Shown: positions 42,897 to 53,234 of the stretch, in pieces
Position numbering within the stretch: position 1 is the first letter of the stretch
How the letters are laid out: each line of letters begins with the position of its first letter
From: Dehalococcoidia bacterium
GTDB taxonomy: Bacteria > Chloroflexota > Dehalococcoidia > Lucifugimonadales > UBA3495
Assembly (NCBI GenBank): GCA_965204865.1
Contig: OZ242027.1
Location: forward strand, 3,011,986-3,075,985
Length of the DNA stretch: 64,000 bases
Direction: 5' to 3'
Notes under the pieces: model-generated
Database searches by the model: none
Told to the model about the DNA's origin: nothing
The model's input: the letters and a program-made list of their open reading frames with translations, nothing else
Program-made: the position numbers and the translations under genes

Positions 42897-44990
42897 ATGG
42901 AATCAATTATTGTTGCACTGGCCGCAGGTGTTGTCGCCCTTGTTTTTGCCGGAATTACCGCCATGCGGGTGCTTAGCGCCGAGCCCGGGAACGCGCTGAT
43001 GCAGAGCATCGGCGACGCCATCCGCACCGGGGCGGGGGCGTTTTTGCGCCGCGAGTATATGTCGCTGCTGCCGTTTGTCGTGGTCGTTACCGTGGTGCTG
43101 GGCGTGCTGGACTACACCATTTTCAAGCATGAGATGGCGGTGCCGGCTACGGCCATTTCGTACCTGGTGGGGACCATCTGCTCCGGCACCGCCGGGTTCA
43201 TCGGGATGAACGTGGCGGTTAGGGCCAATGTGCGGACGGCCGCCGCCGGAATGCGGGGGCTGAACCCGGCACTGCGGGTGGCCTTCTCCAGCGGCACGGT
43301 TATGGGCATTTCGGTGGTGGGCATCGGACTGCTGGGCGTCACCATCCTGTACCTGATATTCCAGAACATCAGCGTGGTGGCCGGGTTTGGGTTCGGGGCC
43401 AGCTCCATCGCGCTGTTCGCCCGCGTGGGCGGGGGCATCTTCACCAAGGCCGCCGATGTCGGTTCGGACCTGGTGGGCAAGGTGGAGGCGGGCATACCGG
43501 AGGACGACCCGCGAAACCCCGGCGTCATCGCCGACAACGTGGGCGACAACGTGGGCGACGTGGCGGGGATGGGCGCGGACCTGTTCGAGTCATACGTCAG
43601 TTCCATCATCTCGACGGTGGCGCTGTCGGCTGCGGCGGTGGTGTTCGCCACCGGCGCTGCCAACGAGTTCGACTATACCAGTTCGCAGGCGGTGTTCCCG
43701 ATGCTGCTGGCGGGTTCGGGCATCGTGGCCGCCATCCTCGGCACCTTCCTGGTGCGAAGCGGCGAGCAGGCCGACTTCGACAAGCTGCTGTGGTCACTGC
43801 GGTACGGCATCTTTGCGGCGGGCGGGCTGCTGATTATCTTCGCGGCGATACTGACAATTACGCTGACTAGCAACTGGTGGTGGTTCGGCTGCGTGGTGGC
43901 CGGGCTGGTGGCTGGCACGATTATCGGCTTGGCTACCGAGTATTTCACTTCATACAGCTACAAACCCACCCAAAGGGTTTCGGCCGCATCTGAAACCGGC
44001 GCGGCAACGGTAATCATCCAGGGCATTGCCAGCGGAATGTTGAGCACGCTGATTCCCGTAATCTGCGTGTCCATCGCCATCCTGCTGGCGTACTGGTTCG
44101 CCGGGTTCTACGGGGTGGCGCTGGCGGGCGTGGGGCTGCTTTCGACGCTGGGCATCACGCTGGCTACCGACGCCTACGGGCCAGTGGCGGACAACGCCGG
44201 CGGCATCGCCGAGCAGGCGAACCTGGACCCGGAGGTGCGGGAGCGCACCGACGCGCTGGACGCGCTGGGGAACACCACCGCCGCTACGGGCAAGGGCTTC
44301 GCCATCGGGTCGGCGGCGCTTACGGCTCTCGCGCTACTGGCGGCGTACTCGGTAAGCGCGGGGCTGATAACCATCGGGGAGGACGGCAAGCTGGTGTCGG
44401 GCAGCCTGGGCATCAACCTGTTGCAGCCGGAGATACTGGTAGGGCTGGTCATCGGGGCGATGCTGCCCTTCATCTTCTCGGCGCTGACGATGCAGGCCGT
44501 GGGCCGGGCGGCCCAGGGCATCGTGGACGAAGTGCGGCGGCAGTTCCGGGAGATTCCAGGGTTGATGGAAGGCACGGGTACGCCGGACTCGGCGCGGTGC
44601 GTGGACATCAGCACGCGCGGGGCGCTGCGGGAGATGATCGTGCCCGGCTTGATGGCAGTGATTGCGCCCATTGCTACGGGGTTCATCCTGGGCGAGGCGG
44701 CGCTGGGCGGGCTGCTCATCGGCTCGGTGGCGTCGGGGTTCATGCTGGCCATCATGATGGCCTCGGCGGGCGGCACCTGGGACAATGCCAAGAAGTACGT
44801 GGAGCTGGGGAATTACGGCGGCAAGGGTTCGGAGGCGCACAAGGCGGCAGTCGAGGGCGACGTGGTGGGCGACCCGTTCAAGGATACGTCGGGGCCGTCG
44901 CTGAACATCCTGCTGAAGCTGATGGCCGTGGTGTCGCTGGTGTTCGCGCCGGTGTTCCTGGAAGTTTCGCCGCTGATTAACCTGGCGTAG
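42897..44990 (+). CDS. hppA: membrane-bound proton/sodium-translocating pyrophosphatase
   Basis: GDNVGDNVGDVAGMGADLFESY and DNAKKYVE signatures. 697 aa polytopic protein. Confidence 0.9.
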   Translation: MESIIVALAAGVVALVFAGITAMRVLSAEPGNALMQSIGDAIRTGAGAFLRREYMSLLPFVVVVTVVLGVLDYTIFKHEMAVPATAISYLVGTICSGTAGFIGMNVAVRANVRTAAAGMRGLNPALRVAFSSGTVMGISVVGIGLLGVTILYLIFQNISVVAGFGFGASSIALFARVGGGIFTKAADVGSDLVGKVEAGIPEDDPRNPGVIADNVGDNVGDVAGMGADLFESYVSSIISTVALSAAAVVFATGAANEFDYTSSQAVFPMLLAGSGIVAAILGTFLVRSGEQADFDKLLWSLRYGIFAAGGLLIIFAAILTITLTSNWWWFGCVVAGLVAGTIIGLATEYFTSYSYKPTQRVSAASETGAATVIIQGIASGMLSTLIPVICVSIAILLAYWFAGFYGVALAGVGLLSTLGITLATDAYGPVADNAGGIAEQANLDPEVRERTDALDALGNTTAATGKGFAIGSAALTALALLAAYSVSAGLITIGEDGKLVSGSLGINLLQPEILVGLVIGAMLPFIFSALTMQAVGRAAQGIVDEVRRQFREIPGLMEGTGTPDSARCVDISTRGALREMIVPGLMAVIAPIATGFILGEAALGGLLIGSVASGFMLAIMMASAGGTWDNAKKYVELGNYGGKGSEAHKAAVEGDVVGDPFKDTSGPSLNILLKLMAVVSLVFAPVFLEVSPLINLA

Positions 44991-45026
44991 GGAGACGAGT
45001 TCAACGCCGAGGGCGCAGAGGGAGAT

Positions 45027-45098
45027 GGGGGTTTGGATTCCCGCCTTCGCGGGAATGACGGGGGCAGCGGGAATGACGGGAGGCAGCGGGAATGACGG
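45027..45098. repeat. REP-like hairpin (variant A) with three tandem GCGGGAATGACGG tails
   Basis: The hairpin core is followed by tail units at a 17-nt period. Confidence 0.85.
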
Positions 45099-45207
45099 CT
45101 GTGAATTAGACGCCTAGAACGACAGGGGTGTTCGGTAGAGTTGATTCTTCAGCGATGGTCTTCCAACCAGGGGCCGTCGCTGAATGATTTTTCTGGAGGG
45201 AGCCGGG

Positions 45208-45654
45208 ATGGCTGCTGAGGGCGTTACTCTGAGGGGGATACTGGAGGAGTGCCGGGACGGCCGGGATGGCGGCGCCTTCAATGAGGTGGTGGTGATGCTG
45301 GAAAGCACCGCCGCCTCTGCGGAAGTGTGGATGGACTTCGACGATTTGCGGTTCACGCCGGACGGTCGGGTGGTTACGCTGATGATGCCGGACGGGACGC
45401 ATATGCACCTGGACATGTCGAAAATCCGGGAGGCGGAGTTCATCCACACGACCAACGACCGGGGGCTGCCTTCGTACCAGCTCTGGATGCGGGACGGCGA
45501 GGGGAATCCGGCAATGCGGATTTACCTGCGGAAGTCGGAGGACGACGCTACTAACCCGCCGCGGCATGAGTTCTTTATGGCCCTGCTGGAGAAGTACCCC
45601 GGGCCGATTGCGCTGCCGGAGGAGGGGTTCGGGCAGGCGGAGGGGCACCCCTAG
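45208..45654 (+). CDS. hypothetical protein
   Basis: ATG 45208 follows GGAGGGAG. 148 aa. No motif I can name with confidence. Confidence 0.5.
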   Translation: MAAEGVTLRGILEECRDGRDGGAFNEVVVMLESTAASAEVWMDFDDLRFTPDGRVVTLMMPDGTHMHLDMSKIREAEFIHTTNDRGLPSYQLWMRDGEGNPAMRIYLRKSEDDATNPPRHEFFMALLEKYPGPIALPEEGFGQAEGHP

Positions 45655-45788
45655 CGGGCTGAGGGAGTCCTCGGGGGCCGGGCAACAGCACGCCATTCAC
45701 CTTGCTGTGCGCCGTATTCCGCAGGCGAAGCCTTCCGGCCTGCCGGAGGCCCGCGAAGACTATCCTTACAAAGCCGGTTATAACGAGA

Positions 45789-47414
45789 ATGAATTGGTTT
45801 CTTGCGGCCGTTTTCTTGTCCTTGGCCGCGATGGGCTTTGTTGCCTGCGGCGACCCTGAACCCACTGCCACCCCCACCCCCACGTTGCCTCCGACGTCCA
45901 CGCCGGTGCCGACGCCAACAGCCACTGTTGCCCCGTCGCCGGTTCCGTCGCCCGTAGCCACGGCCGCTCCGACGGTCACGACAACGCCCACAGCTACGGC
46001 GGAGCCGGAGGTTCCCTGGGCGGCCGAGCGGATAGAGTGGAGCGAGTGCGGCCTTGGGGCGGAGTGCGGATTCGTGGAGGCGCCTGCGGACTACCGCAAT
46101 CCCGAGGCCGGCAGCATCAAGATAGCGGTCAACGTGCGCCGGGCCGCTTCCCTGGACGAGCGGATAGGCTACCTGTTCGTGAACCCCGGTGGGCCGGGCG
46201 AGAGCGGGGTGGATGTCGTCAGAGACTTTTATTACGAGATTTTCGCCGGTGAAGTCAGGAGACGTTTCGACATTGTGGGGTTCGACCCTCGCGGGGTCGG
46301 GGCGTCGGAGCCTGAGTTTGCCTGCGGCGCTCCGGGCGAGCGGTTGGAACTGCTTGCCGGTATCGAACTGCCCGTGGATACCCCGGAGGAGATAGCGGCC
46401 GGGGAAGCGGCGGCCAACCTGTGCATCCAGTCTATGGGGGCGGTGGGTGGGTTGCTGCACAGCGAGTATGTCGCCAGGGACATGGATGAAATACGCAAGG
46501 CCCTGGGCGTTGATGAAATTTCTTACATGGGATTCTCCTATGGCTCGGTGCTGGGGGTATGGTACGCCACGCTCTTTCCCCAGTCGGTCAGGGCGATGGT
46601 TGTTGACGGCGCTGACAATCCGGTGGACCCGGTTGACACCCGGCAGGAACGCATAGACGAGAGTATCGAGGAGGTCGGGCCCTTCGCCGTTCTGCTGGAA
46701 GAGGCGCTGGAAGCCTGCGCCGACCCGCAATGCCCGATATACAACGACGGGGACCCGGTGGGCTACTATATGCAGGCCGCAGAGAAACTGGACCTGGTCA
46801 ACCGGGCGGCAGCCAACCATCCTCTTGCCGGCCTGTTTGGAGTAATCACGGCCCTGTACAGCGAAGAGTTCTGGCCCTATCTGTGGCTGGGCTTGTATTT
46901 GTTACAGGAGCAGGACGACCCTTCCCTTCTGCTTGATCTCGCCTCGATCCAGCTTGGCGAAGACCCCAGCGTCCCTAGATTAACGGGACACGTCAATTGC
47001 CTGGACGGCTGGGTCATATACCCGGAGTTGGACCGTCAGACCAGGCTGGAGGACTCCGAAATCATTGATGCGGTCATCGAGGAGAGGTTCCCCTTATTGG
47101 CGGTGATGGACTTCTCGGCTCCCTCCGCCTGCCCCTTCTACGACCAGTTCGCACCCAACCCTCTGGATGTCGCTCTTGATGGCGGCGATGTGCCGATACT
47201 GGTAATCGGCAACCACTCCGACCCGGCTACTTCCTTCGGAGAGTCTGAAGAGCTGGTCACCGAGACGCTGAGCAACGGCTACCTGGTGGAAGTCTCCCAT
47301 CCCACGCATACCGTCTACCCCAACAATGCGTGCGTCAACAGCCATGTTCACAAGGCGCTGGTTGACGGGGAGTACCCCGGCGAGCGGCGGGTTTTCTGCG
47401 AGCGGGAGGGCTGA
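45789..47414 (+). CDS. secreted alpha/beta hydrolase lipoprotein (tripeptidyl-aminopeptidase-like)
   Basis: Trimmed to MNWFLAAVFLSLAAMGFVAC (lipobox), followed by a Thr/Pro-rich linker. Nucleophile elbow GFSYGS. Confidence 0.75.
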   Translation: MNWFLAAVFLSLAAMGFVACGDPEPTATPTPTLPPTSTPVPTPTATVAPSPVPSPVATAAPTVTTTPTATAEPEVPWAAERIEWSECGLGAECGFVEAPADYRNPEAGSIKIAVNVRRAASLDERIGYLFVNPGGPGESGVDVVRDFYYEIFAGEVRRRFDIVGFDPRGVGASEPEFACGAPGERLELLAGIELPVDTPEEIAAGEAAANLCIQSMGAVGGLLHSEYVARDMDEIRKALGVDEISYMGFSYGSVLGVWYATLFPQSVRAMVVDGADNPVDPVDTRQERIDESIEEVGPFAVLLEEALEACADPQCPIYNDGDPVGYYMQAAEKLDLVNRAAANHPLAGLFGVITALYSEEFWPYLWLGLYLLQEQDDPSLLLDLASIQLGEDPSVPRLTGHVNCLDGWVIYPELDRQTRLEDSEIIDAVIEERFPLLAVMDFSAPSACPFYDQFAPNPLDVALDGGDVPILVIGNHSDPATSFGESEELVTETLSNGYLVEVSHPTHTVYPNNACVNSHVHKALVDGEYPGERRVFCEREG

Positions 47415-47464
47415 CGGGGCAGGACAATGGCAAGGTGTTTTCTTGCTGCCCGGGCTGTGGCTCT

Positions 47465-48046
47465 CTACGCCGTGCGGTCCATGCTCTCGCCGGTTTCGAG
47501 GCTGATGATGCGGGCGTTGGTTTCTTCGCCGTTGATTTCGAGGAGGCCGATGGTGCCGAGGCTGCCGCGGGGGTGGCGGCTGCCGGGGTAGGTGGGGCTG
47601 CCGGAGTTGACCATCAGGACGCCGTCCCAGCGGCAGATTAGTTCCTCGTGGGTGTCGCCGAAGAGGACTACGTCTACGGGTTGGCCGAATTTCCTGCGCA
47701 GGGTTTCCTCGGCTTTTCCTTTGGGCAGGACCAAGCCGGTGCCGTCGCCGGTGGTGGCTATCTTGGGCCCGGGCCACTGGATGTCGTGGGTCATGCCGAT
47801 GGCGAGGGCCCCGGCTTGGACTACGCGAGTGGCGTAGGCGAGGCGGTCGCCCTTTTCAACCGGGTCTTCGTAGCCGCGGACGGCGAGTACGGGAGCGACG
47901 GTTTCGAGGTAGTCGAGGACGCCGAGGCATTCGAGGTCGCCGCAGTGGAGGATGAGGTCAACGCCGCGTAGGGCCTGCAAGACCTTGTGGGGGAGGTCGC
48001 GGCCGCTGCCGGCGGAGTGGGTGTCGGAGATGAGGCCGATTTTCAT
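47465..48046 (-). CDS. metallophosphoesterase family protein (YfcE/MJ0936-like)
   Basis: MKIGLISDTH, CGDLE and GDTHE motifs. 193 aa. Confidence 0.8.
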   Translation of the reverse strand: MKIGLISDTHSAGSGRDLPHKVLQALRGVDLILHCGDLECLGVLDYLETVAPVLAVRGYEDPVEKGDRLAYATRVVQAGALAIGMTHDIQWPGPKIATTGDGTGLVLPKGKAEETLRRKFGQPVDVVLFGDTHEELICRWDGVLMVNSGSPTYPGSRHPRGSLGTIGLLEINGEETNARIISLETGESMDRTA

Positions 48047-48145
48047 AGGTGATTTATCATGGAGGCGAGGTTTCGGAATCCGCTTCGTTCTTCCAGGGGT
48101 ATCCGAGCTTGTTGAAGAGTTAAGGTCACCGGAAGGTAGGCAAAC

Positions 48146-48219
48146 GGGGGTTTGGATTCCCGCCTTCGCGGGAATGACGGGTGGGTGCGGGAATGACGGG
48201 CGGGGTGCGGGAATGACGG
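48146..48219. repeat. REP-like hairpin (variant A) with three tail units
   Basis: GGGGGTTTGGATTCCCGCCTTCGCGGGAATGACGG plus two further GCGGGAATGACGG units. Confidence 0.85.
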
Positions 48220-48271
48220 AGGTCCGGCCCGTGATCCAGGGTGTGCTCCGGCGGTAGATGAACGCTCATGA

Positions 48272-48874
48272 TCAGTTCAGGTTGTCCCAGAGGGCGAAGT
48301 AGTCGGGGGACTCGCCCCGGACGGCCTGGGTGAGCTCCTGGCGGTTGAGCCGCTGCATTATTTCCGATTCCTGGGCGGCCAGGTCGGTGAATCTGCGTTC
48401 CCAATCGGGCAGGGACTCGTTGCCGCCGGGTCTTTGCAGCAGATCACGGAGGGCGGCCAGCACCGCGTCGGAGTGGACCGAGACCGCGCCGCCGGTGACG
48501 ACGTAGACGACCACGGTGGGCAGGTCGGCGGCGTTGATTTCAGAGCCTAGAATATCGTGGTCGTTGAGATGCACGCCCAGCCGGTCGAGGATGAACATCA
48601 TCGCCACCTCGCGGATGGCTTCCTCGAAGTGCATGGTCAGGTTCATCAGGTGGGCGAAGGGGTAGTCTCCCATCTCGCGCAGGGCGTGGGAGAACTCGTG
48701 CTCGACGGCGCGGAAGAAATCGTCGCCGAAGACATCGTCGACGTTCAGCGACCGTACCGGCGGCTGCCCGGCGCGGGAGTCGAACACGAGGAACTCGCGC
48801 AGGTGCGGGAAGATGCAGAGCTGGAGGTCGGGAAATCCGGCCTCGGGATGGGCGGGGTTGAAGAACTGTTCCAT
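48272..48874 (-). CDS. hypothetical protein
   Basis: ORF 48272..48919 is trimmed to MEQFFNPAH. No recognisable motif. Confidence 0.45.
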   Translation of the reverse strand: MEQFFNPAHPEAGFPDLQLCIFPHLREFLVFDSRAGQPPVRSLNVDDVFGDDFFRAVEHEFSHALREMGDYPFAHLMNLTMHFEEAIREVAMMFILDRLGVHLNDHDILGSEINAADLPTVVVYVVTGGAVSVHSDAVLAALRDLLQRPGGNESLPDWERRFTDLAAQESEIMQRLNRQELTQAVRGESPDYFALWDNLN

Positions 48875-48922
48875 GACAGTCACTTTACGCCTATGTGGGG
48901 GAATAATCCAGCGGTTCATTAA

Positions 48923-49001
48923 TTGACATGGATGGACAGGATATACAGGATGATTTGATGGATGTTGCCAAAATCCTGTGCATCCTGTCCATCCATGTCA
49001 A
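48923..49001. repeat. 29-bp inverted repeat (CATGGATGGACAGGAT-type arms)
   Basis: TTGACATGGATGGACAGGATATACAGGAT ... ATCCTGTGCATCCTGTCCATCCATGTCAA, 27/29 complementary with a 21-nt spacer. Single arms occur at 40090..40125 and 51588..51616. Confidence 0.8.
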
Positions 49002-49006
49002 TAATC

Positions 49007-50539
49007 CTAGAGCAGGGCGGCGATGTCCTGGAACTGGCGGGATAGCCAGTCGTCGTTGTCGTGGCGGCAGACGGCGTTGTAGAGGAGGGCGGCGCGGCGC
49101 CGGCGTTCCTCCGGGGGCATGGTGATGGCCCGGTAGAGGGTTTGGGCCGTGCCTTCGACGTCGGCGGGGGCTAGGGTCAGGGCGCCCTCGGCCAGTTGGC
49201 GGTAGGCCCCGCTGCTCTGAGAGAGGGCCAGCACGCCGTTGCGCCGGTTGACCACCGGCCCTTCCTGAGCCACCGGGTTTGTGCCTTCCACCAACGTGTT
49301 GACCAGCAGCGCGTCGTATAGCTTCATTCCGGCGACGGCCTGGGCGTAGTTGTTTTCGATGAAGGGAGTAATGGGCTGCCAGCCATTGAAGGCGTGGGTG
49401 TTGTTGACCTGCTCGATGGTCTGTTTCACTTCGTCGAGGTAGCGCTGGTACTGGCGGATGTGAGTGCGGGATGGCACGAGGAAGGCCAGGAACTTGACGC
49501 GCCCCTTCAATTCCGGGCGCTGGGAGAGCATTTGCCCGTAGGCGCGGAAGCCGCGGATGATGTTCTTGTTGGGTTCGGCCCGGTCTATGCGGACGATGGT
49601 GAACTCGCCGGCTTCGGCCTGCAAGCGGGCTTCGTATTCGAGGGTGCGGGGCGCGTCGGCGATGCGCTGCACTTCCTCGACGTTGATGGAGGCGGGGTAG
49701 ACCTTCACGTTGCAGAGATGGCCGGCCAGCTCCACCACTTCGGCTATCCGGCCAACCTGGGCCTGGGGCACGAACTCCTCCACCGTGTCGAAGAAGCTGC
49801 GGCGGTCCTGGGGCGTCTGGAAGCCCACGATGTCGGCCAGGCACAGGGACTCGCAGATGCGGCGGACGATGTAGCGGGGAATCATGCTCCAGTACAGGGG
49901 CGTAGGCCAGGGGACGTGAACGTAGTGCTGGATTACCGCCTCCGGCAGCTCGTGGCGCACCAGCTCGGGCAGCAGGTATAGGTGGTAGTCGTGGCCCATT
50001 ATCACCGGCGGCTTTCTGCTGGTCCTGGCTTCGTCAATCACCGTCTTGGCGAAGGCTTCGTTGACCGGAACGTAGCCGGTTTCCCAAGCGTCGTGGATGC
50101 CGGCGTCCACGGTGGGATTGTAGGGCGGATTCCACAGGTAGTGTTGCAGGAACCACAACAGCGGGTTGCAGATTACGTTGTAATACTTGTGGTAGGCGCG
50201 GCGGGGCGTGACCACGTAACGCAGGCTTATCCGGTGGTCGGGCATCTGGGACTTGACGCTCATGCCGACGCCGCTGGCGGACACCTGACGGTCGCCCTCG
50301 CCCATGGCGTGGGATACCCAGGTGAAGGGGAAGTCCTGGGCCAGGGAACCGTAGGCGGTGGCGACGCTGCCGCTGCCCCGGCGCGGCTGGGGTTTCCCGT
50401 CCGTTGCCTGATGCTCGACCGGGCCGCGGTTGCTGACCAGTATCAGGGAACGCCGCGAGAGAACAGCGGCGCACAGTTCGTTCAAGTCTGCCGCGCCGTC
50501 TTCGAGGACTTCGCCGAAATTGTGGCTATCTATCGCCAT
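49007..50539 (-). CDS. otsA: trehalose-6-phosphate synthase-like glycosyltransferase (GT20)
   Basis: LILVSNRGP, HDYHL and VRIDRAEPNKNI blocks are collinear with OtsA. 510 aa. Confidence 0.75.
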   Translation of the reverse strand: MAIDSHNFGEVLEDGAADLNELCAAVLSRRSLILVSNRGPVEHQATDGKPQPRRGSGSVATAYGSLAQDFPFTWVSHAMGEGDRQVSASGVGMSVKSQMPDHRISLRYVVTPRRAYHKYYNVICNPLLWFLQHYLWNPPYNPTVDAGIHDAWETGYVPVNEAFAKTVIDEARTSRKPPVIMGHDYHLYLLPELVRHELPEAVIQHYVHVPWPTPLYWSMIPRYIVRRICESLCLADIVGFQTPQDRRSFFDTVEEFVPQAQVGRIAEVVELAGHLCNVKVYPASINVEEVQRIADAPRTLEYEARLQAEAGEFTIVRIDRAEPNKNIIRGFRAYGQMLSQRPELKGRVKFLAFLVPSRTHIRQYQRYLDEVKQTIEQVNNTHAFNGWQPITPFIENNYAQAVAGMKLYDALLVNTLVEGTNPVAQEGPVVNRRNGVLALSQSSGAYRQLAEGALTLAPADVEGTAQTLYRAITMPPEERRRRAALLYNAVCRHDNDDWLSRQFQDIAALL

Positions 50540-50584
50540 GGATGTGGTTTCCGCCGTGACGAATTAGGGCGTGTTGACATTTCA

Positions 50585-50682
50585 CCGTCATTCCGGCGAA
50601 AGCCGGAATCCAGGGGGTTCCGTGGGCAAACCATTCTACGGCATAGTGCGATTCTGGATTCCGGCTTTCGCCGGAATGACGG
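50585..50682. repeat. inverted pair of variant-B REP hairpins
   Basis: CCGTCATTCCGGCGAAAGCCGGAATCCAGG ... CTGGATTCCGGCTTTCGCCGGAATGACGG. Confidence 0.85.
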
Positions 50683-50795
50683 AATTAAAAGTGGGCGCGT
50701 TGTTTGATGCTGGGAATTCACCCTCATCCCCTGCTTTCGCAGGGGCAGGCTCTAACCCTCCCCCTCAAACGGAGAGGGGATTTGGCACACACCTC

Positions 50796-51563
50796 TTAGG
50801 AGGCGCGCCGGTAGAGACGCTCAATGGCCGGGACGACCGCACCCAGCCCGTCCACGGTTTCGTCCGGCTCGGTGGCCGGGTCGGAGGGGTCTTCGCGCTC
50901 GCTGAAGCCGGTAATCCAGACGGTCTTGAGGCCGCACTTCCTGGCACCGGCCACATCGTTGCGGATGCTGTCGCCGACGTGGACCGTCCGGTTTGGGGCG
51001 GCGTCCAGGGAGCGCAGGGTCATCAGGAATATCTCTTCCGCCGGTTTGGACAGCTTCACTTCGTCGGAGAAGGTCAGCGTGTCGAAGTAGTCCAGCATTC
51101 CGGTGTTGGCCAGGTAGGTGCGAAAGGTGGTTCCCGGCGTCATTCCGGTGTTGGAAATCAGTCCGATGCGAAGGCCCATGTCGCGGACGCTCTGGAGCAC
51201 GTCTACCGCGTCGGCGTGGGCCGGGGGAGCGTAGTCCAAGAAGGAATCGGCGTAGACACGGGTGATTTCGGCCAACGTATCGGCGCTCAGCCGGTCTCCC
51301 AGGCCGGGGCTGATGTTCTCGACGAATATGCCAATCTGCTCATCGAAACTTACGTCCAGCAGCCCCTCGCGGATTGCCACGCACTGGCGGTAGCAGTCCC
51401 AATAGGCTTCGCTGATGCGCTGGGCGTCGAATACCTCGCCGCAGTCGGCCAGGACGCGCCGCACACCTTTAAGCCGGGCCTCGGAACGTGTAAGTCCCAG
51501 TTCCCGGTTGTCAATCAGCAGCGTTTGCCACAGGTCGAAGGTGACGGCGGTGAGTTCAGGCAA
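50796..51563 (-). CDS. HAD family hydrolase (subfamily IA-like)
   Basis: Only the 3' third of ORF 50796..52676 is coding-like. FDLWQTLL is motif I, with ISNTG and GDSIRNDV following. TTG start at 51563 follows GAGGA. Confidence 0.65.
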   Translation of the reverse strand: MPELTAVTFDLWQTLLIDNRELGLTRSEARLKGVRRVLADCGEVFDAQRISEAYWDCYRQCVAIREGLLDVSFDEQIGIFVENISPGLGDRLSADTLAEITRVYADSFLDYAPPAHADAVDVLQSVRDMGLRIGLISNTGMTPGTTFRTYLANTGMLDYFDTLTFSDEVKLSKPAEEIFLMTLRSLDAAPNRTVHVGDSIRNDVAGARKCGLKTVWITGFSEREDPSDPATEPDETVDGLGAVVPAIERLYRRAS

Positions 51564-51618
51564 GGCGGTATCCTCATACGGGATTTTAACATGGATGGAC
51601 AGGATGGACAGGATATGG

Positions 51619-51770
51619 GATAGCGTTCCGTTTTCAGGTGGTCCGATTGAATGACGACGGGGGTTTGGATTCCCGCCTGCGCGGGATGACGGGGAGGGCT
51701 GGGAATGACGGCGTGGGTGCGGGAATGGCGGGTTGTCGGCGGTAATGCCACCTAATTTGGAAAGCTGCCC
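51619..51770. mobile_element. MITE-like element (TIRs flanking a variant-A REP hairpin)
   Basis: Left TIR GATAGCGTTCCGTTTTCAGGTGG, right TIR CCACCTAATTTGGAAAGCTGCCC. It abuts the amidase stop codon. Confidence 0.6.
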
Positions 51771-53182
51771 TACAGGGGCGGTCTTCGGGTGTGCCAGTCG
51801 GTGGACTGCTCGTAGGCGTGGGCGGCGCGGAGGACGGTTTCTTCGTCGAAGGGGCGGCCGGCGAGTTGGAGGCCGATGGGGAGGCCGTCTGCGGAGAAGC
51901 CGCAAGGTACGGAGATGGCCGGGAAGCCGGTGATGTTGTAGGGGCGGGTGTACTGGGTGAGGGCGGGTACGGTGCCGATTTCCTGCTCGCCGGCGAGGAC
52001 CTGCTGCTGCAACAGGGGCGGCGCGGTGACCGGCTCGGTGGGGCCGGCGAGGAGGTCGACGTCGTCGAGGAGGCGGCGGGCGGCGCGGTCGAAGGCGGCG
52101 CGGGCCTGCTGGGCGCGGAGGTAGTCGGCGGCAGAGATGAAGAGGCCGGCTTCGAGGCGCAGGCGGACGGGTTCGTAGAGCTTGTCGCCGTCGTTGGTCA
52201 GCACGTCGCGCAGGGCGGCGGAGGCCTCGGCCATCAGCATGGTGGTGGAGATGGGAGCGGCGTCGTTGAACTCGGGGAAGTCTACCTCGACCAGCTCTGC
52301 GCCCAGGGCTTCGAGCTGCGACAGGGCCGCGTTGACGCTGCCGCGCACTTCGGGGTCGAGGGGGGCCTCGAAGTGCTGGCGAGGGACGCCGATGCGGAGG
52401 CCGCGTATATCGCCGGTGAGGGCGGCGGCGTAGTCGGGGACGGGCAGGGTGGACGATGCGACGTCGCGGGGGTCGTGTCCGGCGATGACATTCATGGTGA
52501 TGGCGGCGTCCTCGACGGTGCGCGTCATGGGGCCGGGGTGGTCCATGGACCAAGCGAGAGGGGTCAGGCCATGGCGGCTGACGCGCCCGTAGGTGGGCTT
52601 GAGGCCGACGATGCCGCAGAGGGCGGCGGGGATGCGGATGGAGCCGCCGGTGTCGCTGCCGGTGGTGATGGCACACTGGCCCGCCGCCGTCGCGGAGCCG
52701 GAGCCGCCGCTGGAACCGCCGCTGACACGCTCCGGGTTCCAGGGGTTGTGCATATGGCCGTAGTCAGGGTTCTCGCCGGTGGGCCCGTAGGCAAACTGGT
52801 GCATATTCAGCTTGCCAATGAGGATGGCGCCGGCCTCGCGGAAGCGGGCGGCGACGGTGCAGTCCTCGGCAGGGACGAAGGTGTCGAAGATACGGGAGCC
52901 GGAGGTGGTGCGGACGCCGCCGGTGTTGAACAGGTCTTTGAGGCCCACGGGGATGCCGTGGAGGGGGCCACGGTAGCGCCCGGCGCGGATGTCGCGCTCG
53001 GCCTGCCGGGCCGACGCCAGAGCCTCGTCGGGCAGGAGGGTGATGAAGGAGTTGAGCACCGGCTCGGTGGCGCGGATGCGGGAGAGATGGGCCTCGATGA
53101 CTTCGACGGGCGAGATTTCGCCGTCGCGGATGAGGCGACCGAGGTCACCGGCGTTCATGTAGCAGATTTCGAGTTCGTCCAC
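51770..53182 (-). CDS. amidase (amidase-signature family, GatA/AtzE-like)
   Basis: GGSSGGSGSATAAGQCAITTGSDTGGSIRIPA signature. 470 aa. Confidence 0.85.
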   Translation of the reverse strand: MDELEICYMNAGDLGRLIRDGEISPVEVIEAHLSRIRATEPVLNSFITLLPDEALASARQAERDIRAGRYRGPLHGIPVGLKDLFNTGGVRTTSGSRIFDTFVPAEDCTVAARFREAGAILIGKLNMHQFAYGPTGENPDYGHMHNPWNPERVSGGSSGGSGSATAAGQCAITTGSDTGGSIRIPAALCGIVGLKPTYGRVSRHGLTPLAWSMDHPGPMTRTVEDAAITMNVIAGHDPRDVASSTLPVPDYAAALTGDIRGLRIGVPRQHFEAPLDPEVRGSVNAALSQLEALGAELVEVDFPEFNDAAPISTTMLMAEASAALRDVLTNDGDKLYEPVRLRLEAGLFISAADYLRAQQARAAFDRAARRLLDDVDLLAGPTEPVTAPPLLQQQVLAGEQEIGTVPALTQYTRPYNITGFPAISVPCGFSADGLPIGLQLAGRPFDEETVLRAAHAYEQSTDWHTRRPPL

Positions 53183-53234
53183 GGCCTACCCCCGGAAGTT
53201 TGGAATGTTGATTCCCGGGCTGCCGGGAATGAAG

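Noticed and set aside
45040-45098. Tandem GCGGGAATGACGG units at a 17-nt period, considered as a possible mini-CRISPR array.
   Set aside because: Units are 13 nt with 4-nt gaps and no unique spacers, and there are no cas genes. They are tails of the REP hairpin family.
45208-45654. Possible ChuX/HutX-like heme-utilisation assignment for the 148-aa protein.
   Set aside because: This rests only on a vague impression of size and beta-rich pattern. I could not identify a diagnostic motif, so it stays hypothetical.
50796-52676. 626-aa ORF spanning the HAD gene, a MITE-like element and part of the amidase gene.
   Set aside because: Only the last 255 codons look coding (HAD motifs). Upstream it reads through repeats and through an alternative frame of the amidase gene on the same strand, giving Pro/Arg-rich nonsense.
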